From: an uncultured Candidatus Peribacteria bacterium
GTDB lineage: Bacteria; Patescibacteriota; Gracilibacteria; Peribacterales; Peribacteraceae
Length of the DNA: 64,000 nucleotides
Direction: 5' to 3'
Assembly (NCBI GenBank): GCA_964358505.1
Contig: CAYHOS010000002.1
Coordinates: 9,561-73,560 of the forward strand
Below the pieces are notes generated by a model. It was not told the DNA's origin. It searched no databases and worked only from the letters and a program-made list of their open reading frames with translations. A program made the position numbers and the translations under genes. This document shows positions 25,973 to 35,109 of the stretch, piece after piece (position 1 is the first letter of the stretch; each line of letters starts with the position of its first letter).

Positions 25973-27063
25973 AAAAACTCCACTTCGCCTGCAGGCGAAC
26001 CACAGGAATGAGATTCACTCCGTTTTGTAAGAGCTGGTCTCAAGCCCTCATTCTTCTCCAATCCGAAAAGGAGATTCATATTCTGCACTGCTTGGCCGGA
26101 TGCGCCTTTCCGGACATTGTCTATAACGGATATGAGCTTGATAGCCCCGTCCTGGACCCATGCTGCAATTTGGCAGAGATCCGTATGGATGACATCGCGC
26201 ACGTCCGGCTCATGGTCAACCACCTGGATGAGTCTTTCGCCGGCATATGCCTGCTCCAACACATCCCGCACTTCACCCTCCTCGATCCGCCTTTTCGGTT
26301 GGACGGTGACGTGCGCTTCGATGCCGCGTTCCACGTCATCATTGATGTGGGGAGAAAAGAGGACTCGAATTTCCCCGCTTACGTCTTGCCGTTGCAGGGC
26401 TACATAGTCGTTGCATATTTGTTTGATCTCCGGCCGATGCCGATGCTCGGCGGTCTTGTAAGGACGCACACCATGCGTAGGTTGATAACTGCCTCCGGCT
26501 CCGGAGTACCCGCTGATGGCCACCACCCCGATGGCTTGCCGGGTATCGACAATGCCACACTTGAGTAAGGGTGAAACGGCAAGCAGGACTGCCGTAGGAT
26601 AACAACCGGGATTGGCGATGAGCCGTGCCTTCCGAATCTGATCCGGGAACAGTTCCGGTTGTCCGTAGACGGCCTGTGCAAGCACTTCCCGGTTGGTGTT
26701 CTTGTACCACTGCTCGGCCAACGCGGGATCCCTCAGGCGGAATGCGCCGCCGAAATCGATGAATTTCTTTCCGGCAGCAAGCGTCGCAGGCGCATAGTCC
26801 ATTGCTACAGCATCTTCGGCACAGGAAAACACCACGTCGCCCTTGTCCGCAGCATCTTGAGGATCAAGGTTCTCGTACTGCACGGCCAAGCCGTCGAGGG
26901 TCCCTGCGGGTAAGCCGACTACGGCACGGCTGCTCCGAAGACCCGTCAACCGTACGTGCGGATGTTTCTTGAGGATCGAGATCAGTTCGACAGCGGTATT
27001 CCCGCTGCCAAGGACGACTGCTTTGACCTCCCTTTTTTCTTGCGTGGGCAATGCATTGAGCAT
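25969..27063 (-). CDS. argC: N-acetyl-gamma-glutamyl-phosphate reductase family (ArgC/LysY)
   Basis: VVLGSGNTAVELISIL (NAD-binding) and the catalytic LIANPGCYPTA motif. ATG 27063 is preceded by TTGTCA-18-TATAAA-gcgtgcct. Confidence 0.85.
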   Translation of the reverse strand: MLNALPTQEKREVKAVVLGSGNTAVELISILKKHPHVRLTGLRSSRAVVGLPAGTLDGLAVQYENLDPQDAADKGDVVFSCAEDAVAMDYAPATLAAGKKFIDFGGAFRLRDPALAEQWYKNTNREVLAQAVYGQPELFPDQIRKARLIANPGCYPTAVLLAVSPLLKCGIVDTRQAIGVVAISGYSGAGGSYQPTHGVRPYKTAEHRHRPEIKQICNDYVALQRQDVSGEIRVLFSPHINDDVERGIEAHVTVQPKRRIEEGEVRDVLEQAYAGERLIQVVDHEPDVRDVIHTDLCQIAAWVQDGAIKLISVIDNVRKGASGQAVQNMNLLFGLEKNEGLRPALTKRSESHSCGSPAGEVEFF

Positions 27064-27122
27064 AGGCACGCTTTATAGAGCATCTTGCCTATCATTGACA
27101 AGTCATAAAGATACACTTCCCG

Positions 27123-29759
27123 TCACTTCTTCGCCGCCTCCGCCTCTTTCGCCGCCGCCCGTGCCGCGCGTTTGACCTTCCTCTCCTCCTTCTCGATCGC
27201 CTCCACCTCTTCCACGCGGAGCTCCGCCGCCGCCTGGAGCACCGCCTCCTCGGCCTCCTTGTCCTCCATCACCACGCTCATGGTGGCCACTTTATCCCGC
27301 GCGTTGAGCCGCATGACGATCACGCCCTGCGTGGCGCGGCCGCGGCTGGGGATATCGGAGAGGCGCATGCGGATCATTTGGCCTTGCTTGCTGATGCAGA
27401 GGAGGTCGCCGTCCGTCCCCTTCTCCAGCACGAACCCGCCCACAATGTCTCCCGTCTTGGGGGTGAGCTGCGCGGCCTTGACGCCCGTGCCGCCGCGTCC
27501 CTGGAAGCGGTACTCCGTCACCGGCGTCATTTTCCCAAGGCCGTTCTCCATCACCACCAGGAGCTGGCTCGTGGAAGGGGTTTGGATGAGCGCCGCCTCC
27601 ACCACAAAGTCGCCCTGCCCCAACAGGATGCCGCGCACCCCCGCCGCCGCGCGCCCCATGTCCCGCACGTCGTCCTCCTTGAAGCGGATCGCCTTGCCCT
27701 TGCGCGTGAGGAGGAAGATCTCGTCCTTGCCGCTCGTTGCCACCACCCACTTGAGCTCGTCGCCCGGGGGCAGCTTCTGCGCAATCAAGCCTGACCGGCG
27801 GATGTTTTCGAATTCCGCGGAGGCGGTGCGTTTCACCGTGCCCTTGGACGTGGCCATGAAGAGGAACTTCATGCCGCTCATGTCCGCCTTGAGCATGGCC
27901 GTGATGCGCTCTTCCGGCTGGAGCTGCAGGAGGTTGACGATGGCCTGCCCCTTGGCCGCCCGGCTGGTCTGCGGCAGCTCGAAGACGGGGAGCTTGAACA
28001 CGCGCCCCGTGTTGGTGAAGTACAGGATATCGTCGTGGTTCATGGCATGGAGGAGCGAGAGCACCTCGTCGTCGTCCTTCGTCGTCATGCCCTTCACCCC
28101 CTTGCCGCCGCGGTGCTGCGCGCGGAACTGCACGGGGCTGAGCCTCTTGACGTACCCGCCCATCGTCAGCGTGACGATCATGGGGGCGTTGGGGATGGTG
28201 TCCTTGGCGGAGAATTCCCCCACCGCGCCCGGCACGATGGTCGTCCGGCGGCCGTCGTCGTAGGAAGCCTTGAGCTGCAGGATCTCCCCCTTGATCTGCA
28301 GGTCCATCTTCTTCTGGCTCTTGAGGAGCGCCTCGCACTCCGCGATGAACTTGCGCTTCTCCGCCAATTCGTCCTCGATCTTCTTGCGCTCCAGGCCGGC
28401 GAGCGTCTGCAGGCGCATTTGGAGGATGGCGTCCGCCTGGATCTCCGTGAGCTTGAACTTCTTCACCAGGTTCTCCTTGGCGATCTCCTTCGTCTCGCTC
28501 TTCTTGATGGTCTGGATGACGGCATCGATGTGGTCGAGCGCTTTCTTGAGCCCCTCCAGGATATGCGCCCGTTCCTTGGCACGCGCGAGGTCGAAGGTGA
28601 TGCGGCGGCGGACCACCACGCGGCGGTGCTCCACGAAGATCTCCAGCAGTTCCTGCAGGTTGAGGAGGCGCGGCTGCAGGCCGTCCGCGAGCGCGATCAT
28701 GTTGTAGCCGAAGCTCGTCTGCAGGTCCGTGTGCTTGAAGAGCTGGTTGAGGACTTTCTGCGGGTAGGCGTCCTTCTTCAACTCGATGATCACGCGCACC
28801 GTCTGCTCGCGGTCCGATTCGTCCCGGATGTCCGCAATCCCCACGATCGCCTTGTCGTTCACGAGCTGCGCCATGCGCTCGATCATGGCGGACTTGTTGA
28901 CCTGGTACGGGATCTCGCTGATGTGGATCCTGTAGCGGCCCTTGTCCTCCTCGATCTCCGCCTTGCCGCGGATGACAACGCTGCCGCGCCCCGTGAGGTA
29001 GGCCTGGCGTATGGCTTCCGTATTGTAGACGATGCCTCCCGTGGGGAAATCCGGCCCCTTGACGAACTGCAAGAGGTCTTCCACGGTTGCATCGGGGTTG
29101 TCGATGAGGTGGACGGCGGCATCCACGATCTCGCCAAGGTTGTGGGGCGGGATGTTCGTCGCCATTCCCACGGCGATCCCCACGCTGCCGTTGACGAGGA
29201 GGTTGGGGAACTTGGCGGGGAGCACCGTGGGCTCCAGCCGGGTGTTGTCGTAGTTGCCGATGTAATCCACGGTGTCCTTCTCCAGGTCCTGCAGCATCTC
29301 CTGCGCCACTTTGGACATTTTCGCTTCCGTGTAGCGCATGGCGGCGGGCTGGTCCCCGTCGATGCTCCCGAAGTTCCCCTGCCCGATGACGAGCGTTGAA
29401 CGCATGGAGAAGTCCTGCGCCAGGCGCGCGAGGGAGGGGTAGACGATCGCCTCGCCGTGCGGGTGGTAGTTGCCGGAAACGTCGCCGCAGATCTTTGCGC
29501 ACTTGCGGAACCGCCCTCCGGGGCTGAGTCCCAGGTCGTTGAGCGTGACGAGAATGCGGCGATTCACCGGCTTGAGGCCGTCCCGGGCGTCGGGAAGGGC
29601 ACGGGCCATGATCACGCTCATGGCGTAGCTCAGGTAGCTCTCCTCCATTTCCGTCACGATGGGCCGGGGCGCCAGGCGCCCGATGCTGGAAATACTCTCC
29701 CCTCCTCCGGAGAGGGGCTGCTGCTTGGGGTTCTCGGAATTCGCGTTCTTGTCGGCCAT
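27123..29759 (-). CDS. gyrA: DNA gyrase subunit A
   Basis: 878 aa with [31 protein letters not shown] and C-terminal beta-pinwheel repeats. Confidence 0.97.
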   Translation of the reverse strand: MADKNANSENPKQQPLSGGGESISSIGRLAPRPIVTEMEESYLSYAMSVIMARALPDARDGLKPVNRRILVTLNDLGLSPGGRFRKCAKICGDVSGNYHPHGEAIVYPSLARLAQDFSMRSTLVIGQGNFGSIDGDQPAAMRYTEAKMSKVAQEMLQDLEKDTVDYIGNYDNTRLEPTVLPAKFPNLLVNGSVGIAVGMATNIPPHNLGEIVDAAVHLIDNPDATVEDLLQFVKGPDFPTGGIVYNTEAIRQAYLTGRGSVVIRGKAEIEEDKGRYRIHISEIPYQVNKSAMIERMAQLVNDKAIVGIADIRDESDREQTVRVIIELKKDAYPQKVLNQLFKHTDLQTSFGYNMIALADGLQPRLLNLQELLEIFVEHRRVVVRRRITFDLARAKERAHILEGLKKALDHIDAVIQTIKKSETKEIAKENLVKKFKLTEIQADAILQMRLQTLAGLERKKIEDELAEKRKFIAECEALLKSQKKMDLQIKGEILQLKASYDDGRRTTIVPGAVGEFSAKDTIPNAPMIVTLTMGGYVKRLSPVQFRAQHRGGKGVKGMTTKDDDEVLSLLHAMNHDDILYFTNTGRVFKLPVFELPQTSRAAKGQAIVNLLQLQPEERITAMLKADMSGMKFLFMATSKGTVKRTASAEFENIRRSGLIAQKLPPGDELKWVVATSGKDEIFLLTRKGKAIRFKEDDVRDMGRAAAGVRGILLGQGDFVVEAALIQTPSTSQLLVVMENGLGKMTPVTEYRFQGRGGTGVKAAQLTPKTGDIVGGFVLEKGTDGDLLCISKQGQMIRMRLSDIPSRGRATQGVIVMRLNARDKVATMSVVMEDKEAEEAVLQAAAELRVEEVEAIEKEERKVKRAARAAAKEAEAAKK

Positions 29760-29831
29760 AAGGAAAACGGCTGGGGAAGGGTTTCTGATGCATCATAGCG
29801 AATTTCCCGGTTAATGGAAGGGGGTGTGAGG

Positions 29832-29870
29832 ACGTTTCTTCGTTGATTCGTTTATGGGTTTATTCGTATA
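29832..29870. repeat. CGTTTATT-type word repeat (family E)
   Basis: acgtttcttcgttgattcgtttatgggtttattcgtata uses the same words as the inverted arrays at 34591-34691. Confidence 0.6.
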
Positions 29871-29984
29871 TCATGTCCCTATGCTCTCCATCGTCGCCAC
29901 ACCCACCCTTCGGCTCGTCCGCCTTGGCGGACGCGCCCAGGGTGGGCTTCCCTGTTGCCCCTCTCCTCTCTAATCCTCACGTCT

Positions 29985-30728
29985 ATGTTATCGATAGTCG
30001 CAACGCCCATAGGCAACCTGGGTGATATCACTCTCCGCGCCATCGAGACGTTGAAACAGTGCGATGCGATCGTGTGTGAAGACACCCGCGTGACGGGGAA
30101 CCTCCTCAAGCAGTTGGACATCGCAGCGTGTCATGGTGAGCCCCGTCGAACCATGGCACGCGTATTCCCCCTCGACGGGGCTCGGGGTGACACGCCTCGC
30201 AAGCCTCTCCTCAGCTTCCACGGCCACAGCGATCCAGGAACAGTCGAACACATCCTTAATCTTCTCAAAGCGGGAAAGCACCTCGCGCTCGTTTCCGACG
30301 CCGGCACGCCGGGCATCAGCGACCCGGGATATGCGATTGTCAAACGCGCGCGGGAAGCAGGGGTGAAGATTGAAGCGGTGCCCGGGCCTTCCGCTTTCCT
30401 CGCCGCCCTCTCCGTCTCCGGCCTCCCCATCAACCACTTCGTGTATCTGGGGTTCCTCCCGCTCAAGAAGGGGCGGAAGACGCTCCTCGATTCGTTCAAG
30501 GAAGAAGAAAAGACGATCGTCTTCTACGAGTCCGTCCACCGTATCGGGAAGACATTGACGGAACTTGCGGACGCGCTGAAGGACCAACCGGAGCGTCCCG
30601 TGGCGATAGCGCGGGAACTGACGAAGCTTCACGAGGAAGTTGTGCACACAAATGTGTCCTCAATTCCCCAGGTCCTCCCCCGCCTCACGCAGAAAGGTGA
30701 GTTTGTGGTCATCATCGGCGCACGATAA
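29985..30728 (+). CDS. rsmI: 16S rRNA (cytidine1402-2'-O)-methyltransferase
   Basis: MLSIVATPIGNLGDITLRAIETL...CEDTRVTG...LVSDAGTPGISDPG. It contains an extra segment of about 26 aa (see repeat 30126-30198). Confidence 0.88.
   Translation: MLSIVATPIGNLGDITLRAIETLKQCDAIVCEDTRVTGNLLKQLDIAACHGEPRRTMARVFPLDGARGDTPRKPLLSFHGHSDPGTVEHILNLLKAGKHLALVSDAGTPGISDPGYAIVKRAREAGVKIEAVPGPSAFLAALSVSGLPINHFVYLGFLPLKKGRKTLLDSFKEEEKTIVFYESVHRIGKTLTELADALKDQPERPVAIARELTKLHEEVVHTNVSSIPQVLPRLTQKGEFVVIIGAR
30126..30198. mobile_element. double-hairpin repeat element inserted in frame inside rsmI (family F)
   Basis: gtgtcatggtgagccccgtcgaaccatggcac...ccccctcgacggggctcggggtgacacgcc aligns block for block with the reverse complement of the intergenic element at 57270-57347. 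Confidence 0.65.
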
Positions 30729-30765
30729 ACAACGAGGAGGCTTGCGCCTCCCCGCTTCTGATCAT

Positions 30766-31017
30766 TCAGGACGGCAGTGTTTTCCGCCTGGCGGAATAGA
30801 ACAGCGCCATGGGTAAGAAGATCATCACACCAAGACCAAAGGACAGCGCGGCTGCGGGCGATGGTTTCGCCCAGCTTTGCCACACAAACAATGCTGTGCA
30901 AGCGATCAAGATCATGAAGCCTGCAATGTATATCACGACGTTTCCGTCGCGCAGGGCCATGAACGCGCCAAGCGTTGCCATTGCCCCCACGATGGCCCAA
31001 CAGACGATCATCAGCAT
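30766..31017 (-). CDS. small membrane protein (83 aa)
   Basis: MLMIVCWAIVGAMATLGAFMAL... has three hydrophobic helices. This is one of the few genes here with a canonical AAGGAGA 7 nt upstream of the ATG. Confidence 0.45.
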   Translation of the reverse strand: MLMIVCWAIVGAMATLGAFMALRDGNVVIYIAGFMILIACTALFVWQSWAKPSPAAALSFGLGVMIFLPMALFYSARRKTLPS

Positions 31018-31110
31018 AGTGTCTCTCCTTTCATGAATGGAAATGATCAGTGCGCCGTTTATAGCACTGTAAAGTTTTTTGAACAATACAAACTTCTCCT
31101 CATCCGTCTA

Positions 31111-31138
31111 ATTCTTCATTCTTCATTTTTCATTTCAC
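31111..31138. repeat. CATTCTT-type heptamer array (family C)
   Basis: aattctt-cattctt-cattttt-catttca, between two minus-strand genes. Confidence 0.6.
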
Positions 31139-31165
31139 ATCTCAGTTTTCCTTTTCCCATGCCGC

Positions 31166-32461
31166 CTACGGCAGGACGCTCAGCGGATTGATGTTCGTGC
31201 CGCTCTTGATCACTTCGAAGTGGAGATGCGGACCCGTGGTAAGGAGGCCCGCGCCCGGGGTGCCCGGCTGCCCGCCCGAGAGGCCGATGGCCTGCCCTTG
31301 CGCCACGTCATCCCCCGCCGTGACAACCACGGAGGAGAGGTGTCCGTAGAGCGTGGCATAGCCGTCGCGGTGGGCGATGAGGACGTAGGTGTACCCCTTG
31401 GCACCGCCATCGCGGACGAGGAACACCACGCCGTCCGCCGCGGCATGCACGGGCGACCCCTGCGGCTGGGCGATATCCGTGGCGTAGTGGGGAACCCCGA
31501 AGCGCTTGCGGTACGCGCCGTCCTGGAACCCCGCCGTGATGGGTCCGAACACCGGCCACGTGAAGCGCAGCTTGGCGAGCCGCGGCACGCCCGCGGAACC
31601 GCCCTGGCGGGGATCCATGAGGCCCTTCTCGATGAGGTCGCGCTCCGCCTTGGCGCGGATGCGCGCGTCGAACCGCGCCATCTCCGCCTGGAGCCGCAGC
31701 ACGTCCGCCTGCACGCGCGCCATCTCCGCCTTGTATGCCAGAAGTTTCTCTTCGCTCACCAGAGCTTCCTTCTCCGCTTTGTCGTAGACCTTGTCCGCCT
31801 CGCGGTACTGGGCGATGAGCTGCTCGTGGCGTACGCGGAGCGTGGCGAGGTCTTCCTCCGCCGTCACGCTCTCCCTGCGGAACACCGCCAGGCGGCCTTC
31901 CGCCGATTCCCTTGCTCGCAGGAGCGAGACGAGGAATTCCTCCCGCGCGCGCGCGACGAAGCTCTCCTGGAATTCCCGCTCCACCCCCGCGCCCAGCGAA
32001 AGGCTGAGGAGGCGGCGGAAGAGGAACGTGATGCCGCCCTGCTGCCGGACCGTGACGAAGGCCTGCAGCTTGTTGCTGCGCAGGAGCGAGAGGAAGCGCT
32101 CTTCATCGGTCTGCGCGATGCGGTCCAGGCGGTGCTGCTCCGCCTCCACCTTGGCGATGCTGTTGCGCAGCGCTTGCAGTGTGGCGCGCGCCCGCACGAT
32201 GGCGTACCGCACACGCTGCTTTTCCTTCCCCACCGTCACGAGCTGCTTCCCGGCCTCCGCTGCGGTCTGCTGCGTCACCTTCTGGGCCGTATCCACGCCC
32301 CTCCGCTGCAGGTAACTGGATTTTGCGCGTGCCAACACCTGCTCGAACTCCCCCTGCATCTGCCCCCGGATATCCGCCCGCAACATGGCCGCGCCGCCCG
32401 TGAACGAGGCGGTCGCCACGCAGAGGATGAGGAGCGTTAAGAGACGGCGGCGGAAGTGCAT
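31166..32461 (-). CDS. M23-family metallopeptidase with coiled-coil N-terminal region (EnvC-like)
   Basis: Signal/TM MHFRRRLLTLLILCVATASF, long coiled coil, and M23 motifs HYATDIA...HLHFEV. Extended -10 TGGTATAAT lies 12 nt upstream of ATG 32461. Confidence 0.85.
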   Translation of the reverse strand: MHFRRRLLTLLILCVATASFTGGAAMLRADIRGQMQGEFEQVLARAKSSYLQRRGVDTAQKVTQQTAAEAGKQLVTVGKEKQRVRYAIVRARATLQALRNSIAKVEAEQHRLDRIAQTDEERFLSLLRSNKLQAFVTVRQQGGITFLFRRLLSLSLGAGVEREFQESFVARAREEFLVSLLRARESAEGRLAVFRRESVTAEEDLATLRVRHEQLIAQYREADKVYDKAEKEALVSEEKLLAYKAEMARVQADVLRLQAEMARFDARIRAKAERDLIEKGLMDPRQGGSAGVPRLAKLRFTWPVFGPITAGFQDGAYRKRFGVPHYATDIAQPQGSPVHAAADGVVFLVRDGGAKGYTYVLIAHRDGYATLYGHLSSVVVTAGDDVAQGQAIGLSGGQPGTPGAGLLTTGPHLHFEVIKSGTNINPLSVLP

Positions 32462-32520
32462 GTTTGTATGGTTATTATACCATGTTTTTGTGATTATTGG
32501 TAGTTGACCGGATCGTGAAA

Positions 32521-32613
32521 GAAACCGAGGTAACCGAGAAAGCCGAAGAAACCAAAGAATGACTGACGATCTCCCCCTAGGTTTCCTCGGTTTCATCGGA
32601 TTCCTTGGATTCC
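32521..32613. repeat. inverted arrays of a 9-nt word, GAAACCGAG / CTCGGTTTC (family B)
   Basis: Left: gaaaccgag-gtaaccgag-aaagccgaa-gaaaccaaa (32521-32556). Right: ggtttcctc-ggtttcatc-ggattcctt-ggattcc (32580-32613). Confidence 0.8.
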
Positions 32614-32670
32614 TTCCCCAAGCCCTTCAACAGCTTCCTCTCGCTCCGACGGATCTGCTACCCTCCCTCC

Positions 32671-33249
32671 ATGATCTCCCATTTGAGAGGAACGGTGCAG
32701 AAGCTCGGCGTCGGCGAGGTGATCATGGACGTGCAGGGCGTGGGGTACCGCGTGAGCGTGCCGCTGGACGCGTGGGAGAAGTTGCAGGACTTCACCCCGG
32801 GGAGCCTTTGGATCTCCTCCTACATCCGCGAGGACCGCTTTGACCTCTACGGCTTCCTGGACCGCGCGGGGCTCTTGCTCTTCGAGGAACTCCTCAAGGT
32901 TTCTGGCATCGGGCCGCGGCTGGGGCTGGAACTGTGCGCCGTTCCCAAGGCGCTCCTCCAGCGCGCCGTGCAGGAACAGGACGGGGGGATGCTGAAGAGC
33001 GTGAAAGGCGTGGGGAAGAAGACGGCGCAGAAAGTGCTGCTGGAGCTCAAGTCCCTCCTGGAGAAGAACCCCCTGCTCCTGGGGCAAGCCTCGGCGGAGG
33101 AACTGCCCCATGAGTTCGACCAGGACGCCATCGCCGCGCTCACCTCGCTCGGCTACGACGCGCCCGCCGCCACCCGCGTGCTGCGCGACCTCCCCCCGGA
33201 CCTGCGGACGACGGAGGAACGCGTGGCGGCCGCTTTACGTGCGTTGTGA
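32671..33249 (+). CDS. ruvA: Holliday junction branch migration complex subunit RuvA
   Basis: MISHLRGTVQKLGVGEVIMDVQGVGYRVSVP... with HhH region KSVKGVGKKTAQKVLLEL. TACCCT-ccctcc-ATG. Confidence 0.9.
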   Translation: MISHLRGTVQKLGVGEVIMDVQGVGYRVSVPLDAWEKLQDFTPGSLWISSYIREDRFDLYGFLDRAGLLLFEELLKVSGIGPRLGLELCAVPKALLQRAVQEQDGGMLKSVKGVGKKTAQKVLLELKSLLEKNPLLLGQASAEELPHEFDQDAIAALTSLGYDAPAATRVLRDLPPDLRTTEERVAAALRAL

Positions 33250-33302
33250 CGGTTACCGGACATGGGTCGCGCCCCGACCCCTGGAGGTATACGATGTGAC
33301 AC

Positions 33303-34586
33303 ATGCTCCACCTCGACGTCTCGCAAACGCTCGCCAAGTCCATCACGCCCTCCATGGGGATCCCGGACCAGGAGATCGCCGGGTTGCGCAGTCCCGTGCG
33401 CCGCTACGCGGAGGAGTGGCTGGCGGAGCGCGGGCGGGGTGAGCACGCGTGGTCCATGGACCCCTACAACAAGCAGATGGTCGAGCGGGTGAAGGAGGCG
33501 GCCATCCGCGTGAAGGCGGAGGGGATAGAAACGGTGGTGTGGATCGGCATCGGGGGATCGGGATTGGGGCCGCGGCTGATCCAGGAGGCGTTCGAAGGGC
33601 CGAACACCGTGGAGTTCATCGTTCTGGACACGCTGGACCCCGCCGTGCTGGATAACTACCTCTCCATCATCAACTGGAAGGCTACCCTCCTCGTCATCGC
33701 CAGCAAGTCCGGCGACACCCTGGAGCCCATGAGCATCTTCTTCCTGTGCTGGGAGCACTTGCAGAAGGCGCGGCGCGAGCGGGCGGCCGAGCGCGTGATC
33801 GCCATCACCGACCCCGAGCAGGGGTTCCTGCACGGCTTCTGCCTGGATAACGGCATCCAGATGCTCCCCATCCCGCCGGGGGTGGGCGGCCGCTTCTCCA
33901 TCTTCACCCCCATCGGACTCCTGCCGCTGGGGCTTTTGGACGGGGACTTGGACAGCTTCGCGCGGGGGGCGAAGGAGATGGATACGCTCTGCCAGCAGCC
34001 GATCCTGGACGAGAATCCCGCCGCCCTCCTGGCCAGCATCCAGTACCTATTGGACATGAAGCGCGGCTACAACGTGCGCGTGATCATGCCGTACGGCCAG
34101 AGGCTGGCGCAGCTCGCGCGCTGGAACCAGCAGCTCATCGCCGAGAGCCTGGGGAAGAAGGAGACCCTGAACCCCATCCCCCTCGCCGCCGTGGGCACGC
34201 AGGACCAGCACTCGCTCCTGCAGCAGTGGATGGCCGGCCCGCGCCGCACGTGGCACCTCTTCGTGCGGGAGCTGGAGAAGCCCCGCCTGTACCTGCCGGA
34301 GAGCCTCCCGGGCCCCTGGAAGTACATCGCGGGCAAGACCACGGGACAGCTCCTGGATGCCTGCTACGAGGGCACCAGCCGCGCCCTCACAAGCGTCAAA
34401 CGCCCCCATGCCACCATCTCCCTCACCCGCCTGGACAGCTACCACCTGGGCCAGCTCTTCTTCCTGCTCCTCGCGGAGGTGGTGTTCCTGGGCAAGCTCT
34501 ACCGCCTGGACCCCTACGGCCAGCCGGCGGTGGAGGCCGGGAAGCAGATCACCAAGGAGATCCTTTCCCGGGGGAGAGAGGATTGA
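33303..34586 (+). CDS. pgi: glucose-6-phosphate isomerase (short SIS-type)
   Basis: VVWIGIGGSGLGPRL and LVIASKSGDTLEPM motifs, 427 aa. Confidence 0.9.
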   Translation: MLHLDVSQTLAKSITPSMGIPDQEIAGLRSPVRRYAEEWLAERGRGEHAWSMDPYNKQMVERVKEAAIRVKAEGIETVVWIGIGGSGLGPRLIQEAFEGPNTVEFIVLDTLDPAVLDNYLSIINWKATLLVIASKSGDTLEPMSIFFLCWEHLQKARRERAAERVIAITDPEQGFLHGFCLDNGIQMLPIPPGVGGRFSIFTPIGLLPLGLLDGDLDSFARGAKEMDTLCQQPILDENPAALLASIQYLLDMKRGYNVRVIMPYGQRLAQLARWNQQLIAESLGKKETLNPIPLAAVGTQDQHSLLQQWMAGPRRTWHLFVRELEKPRLYLPESLPGPWKYIAGKTTGQLLDACYEGTSRALTSVKRPHATISLTRLDSYHLGQLFFLLLAEVVFLGKLYRLDPYGQPAVEAGKQITKEILSRGRED

Positions 34587-34590
34587 ATGA

Positions 34591-34691
34591 CGAACGAGAA
34601 CGTTTATTGGTTTATTCGTTTCTTTGTTCTTGAGCACAGAACGTCTGCAGCACGAAGACGAATAAACGAATCAACCAATAAACGAGAAACG
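34591..34691. repeat. inverted arrays of 8-nt TTTATTSG words forming a long hairpin (family E)
   Basis: Left: tttattgg-tttattcg-tttctttg (34603-34626). Right: cgaataaacgaatcaaccaataaacg (34658-34683). Lies between pgi and trxA. Confidence 0.75.
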
Positions 34692-34750
34692 TCTGTTTGG
34701 AAAACCAACGGCTTCCACCTATACTCCTACTCCCATCTTCTCCCCACTCC

Positions 34751-35071
34751 ATGCCCCACGACATCACCGATGCGCAGTTCGAAGGCGAAGTCCTCAAGTC
34801 CCCCGTCCCCGTGCTGGTGGACTTCTGGGCTCCCTGGTGCGGCCCCTGCAAGGTGATGGGCCCCGTGATCGACGAGCTTTCGGCGGAGTACGGCCCCGCG
34901 GTGAAGTTCGTGAAGATGAACGTAGACGAGAACGGCGACGTGGCCGGCATGTTCAGCGTGATGAGCATCCCCACGTTCATCCTTTTCAAGGGCGGCCAGC
35001 CGCAGAAGGCGTTCATCGGCGCGCGGCCGAAGGAAGATATGAAGAAGGAGATCGACGGAGCGATCGCGTAA
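34751..35071 (+). CDS. trxA: thioredoxin
   Basis: VLVDFWAPWCGPCKVMGPVIDEL active site, 106 aa from ATG 34751. Confidence 0.93.
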   Translation: MPHDITDAQFEGEVLKSPVPVLVDFWAPWCGPCKVMGPVIDELSAEYGPAVKFVKMNVDENGDVAGMFSVMSIPTFILFKGGQPQKAFIGARPKEDMKKEIDGAIA

Positions 35072-35109
35072 GTTGATTCACGACCCTCCTTCCGGAATGA
35101 TACGTTCCG

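Noticed and set aside
31144-31176. 10-codon mini-ORF (MPPTAGRSAD) following the family-C array at 31111-31138
   Set aside because: It overlaps the 3' end of the minus-strand M23 peptidase gene and has no supporting signal. It is most likely fortuitous.
32559-32843. ORFs translating the 9-mer arrays into GFLGFIGFLGFL-type peptides (32559..32843 and 39225..39479)
   Set aside because: The periodic peptide is a by-product of translating a 9-nt tandem repeat. The remainder of each ORF overlaps ruvA or a minus-strand gene out of frame.
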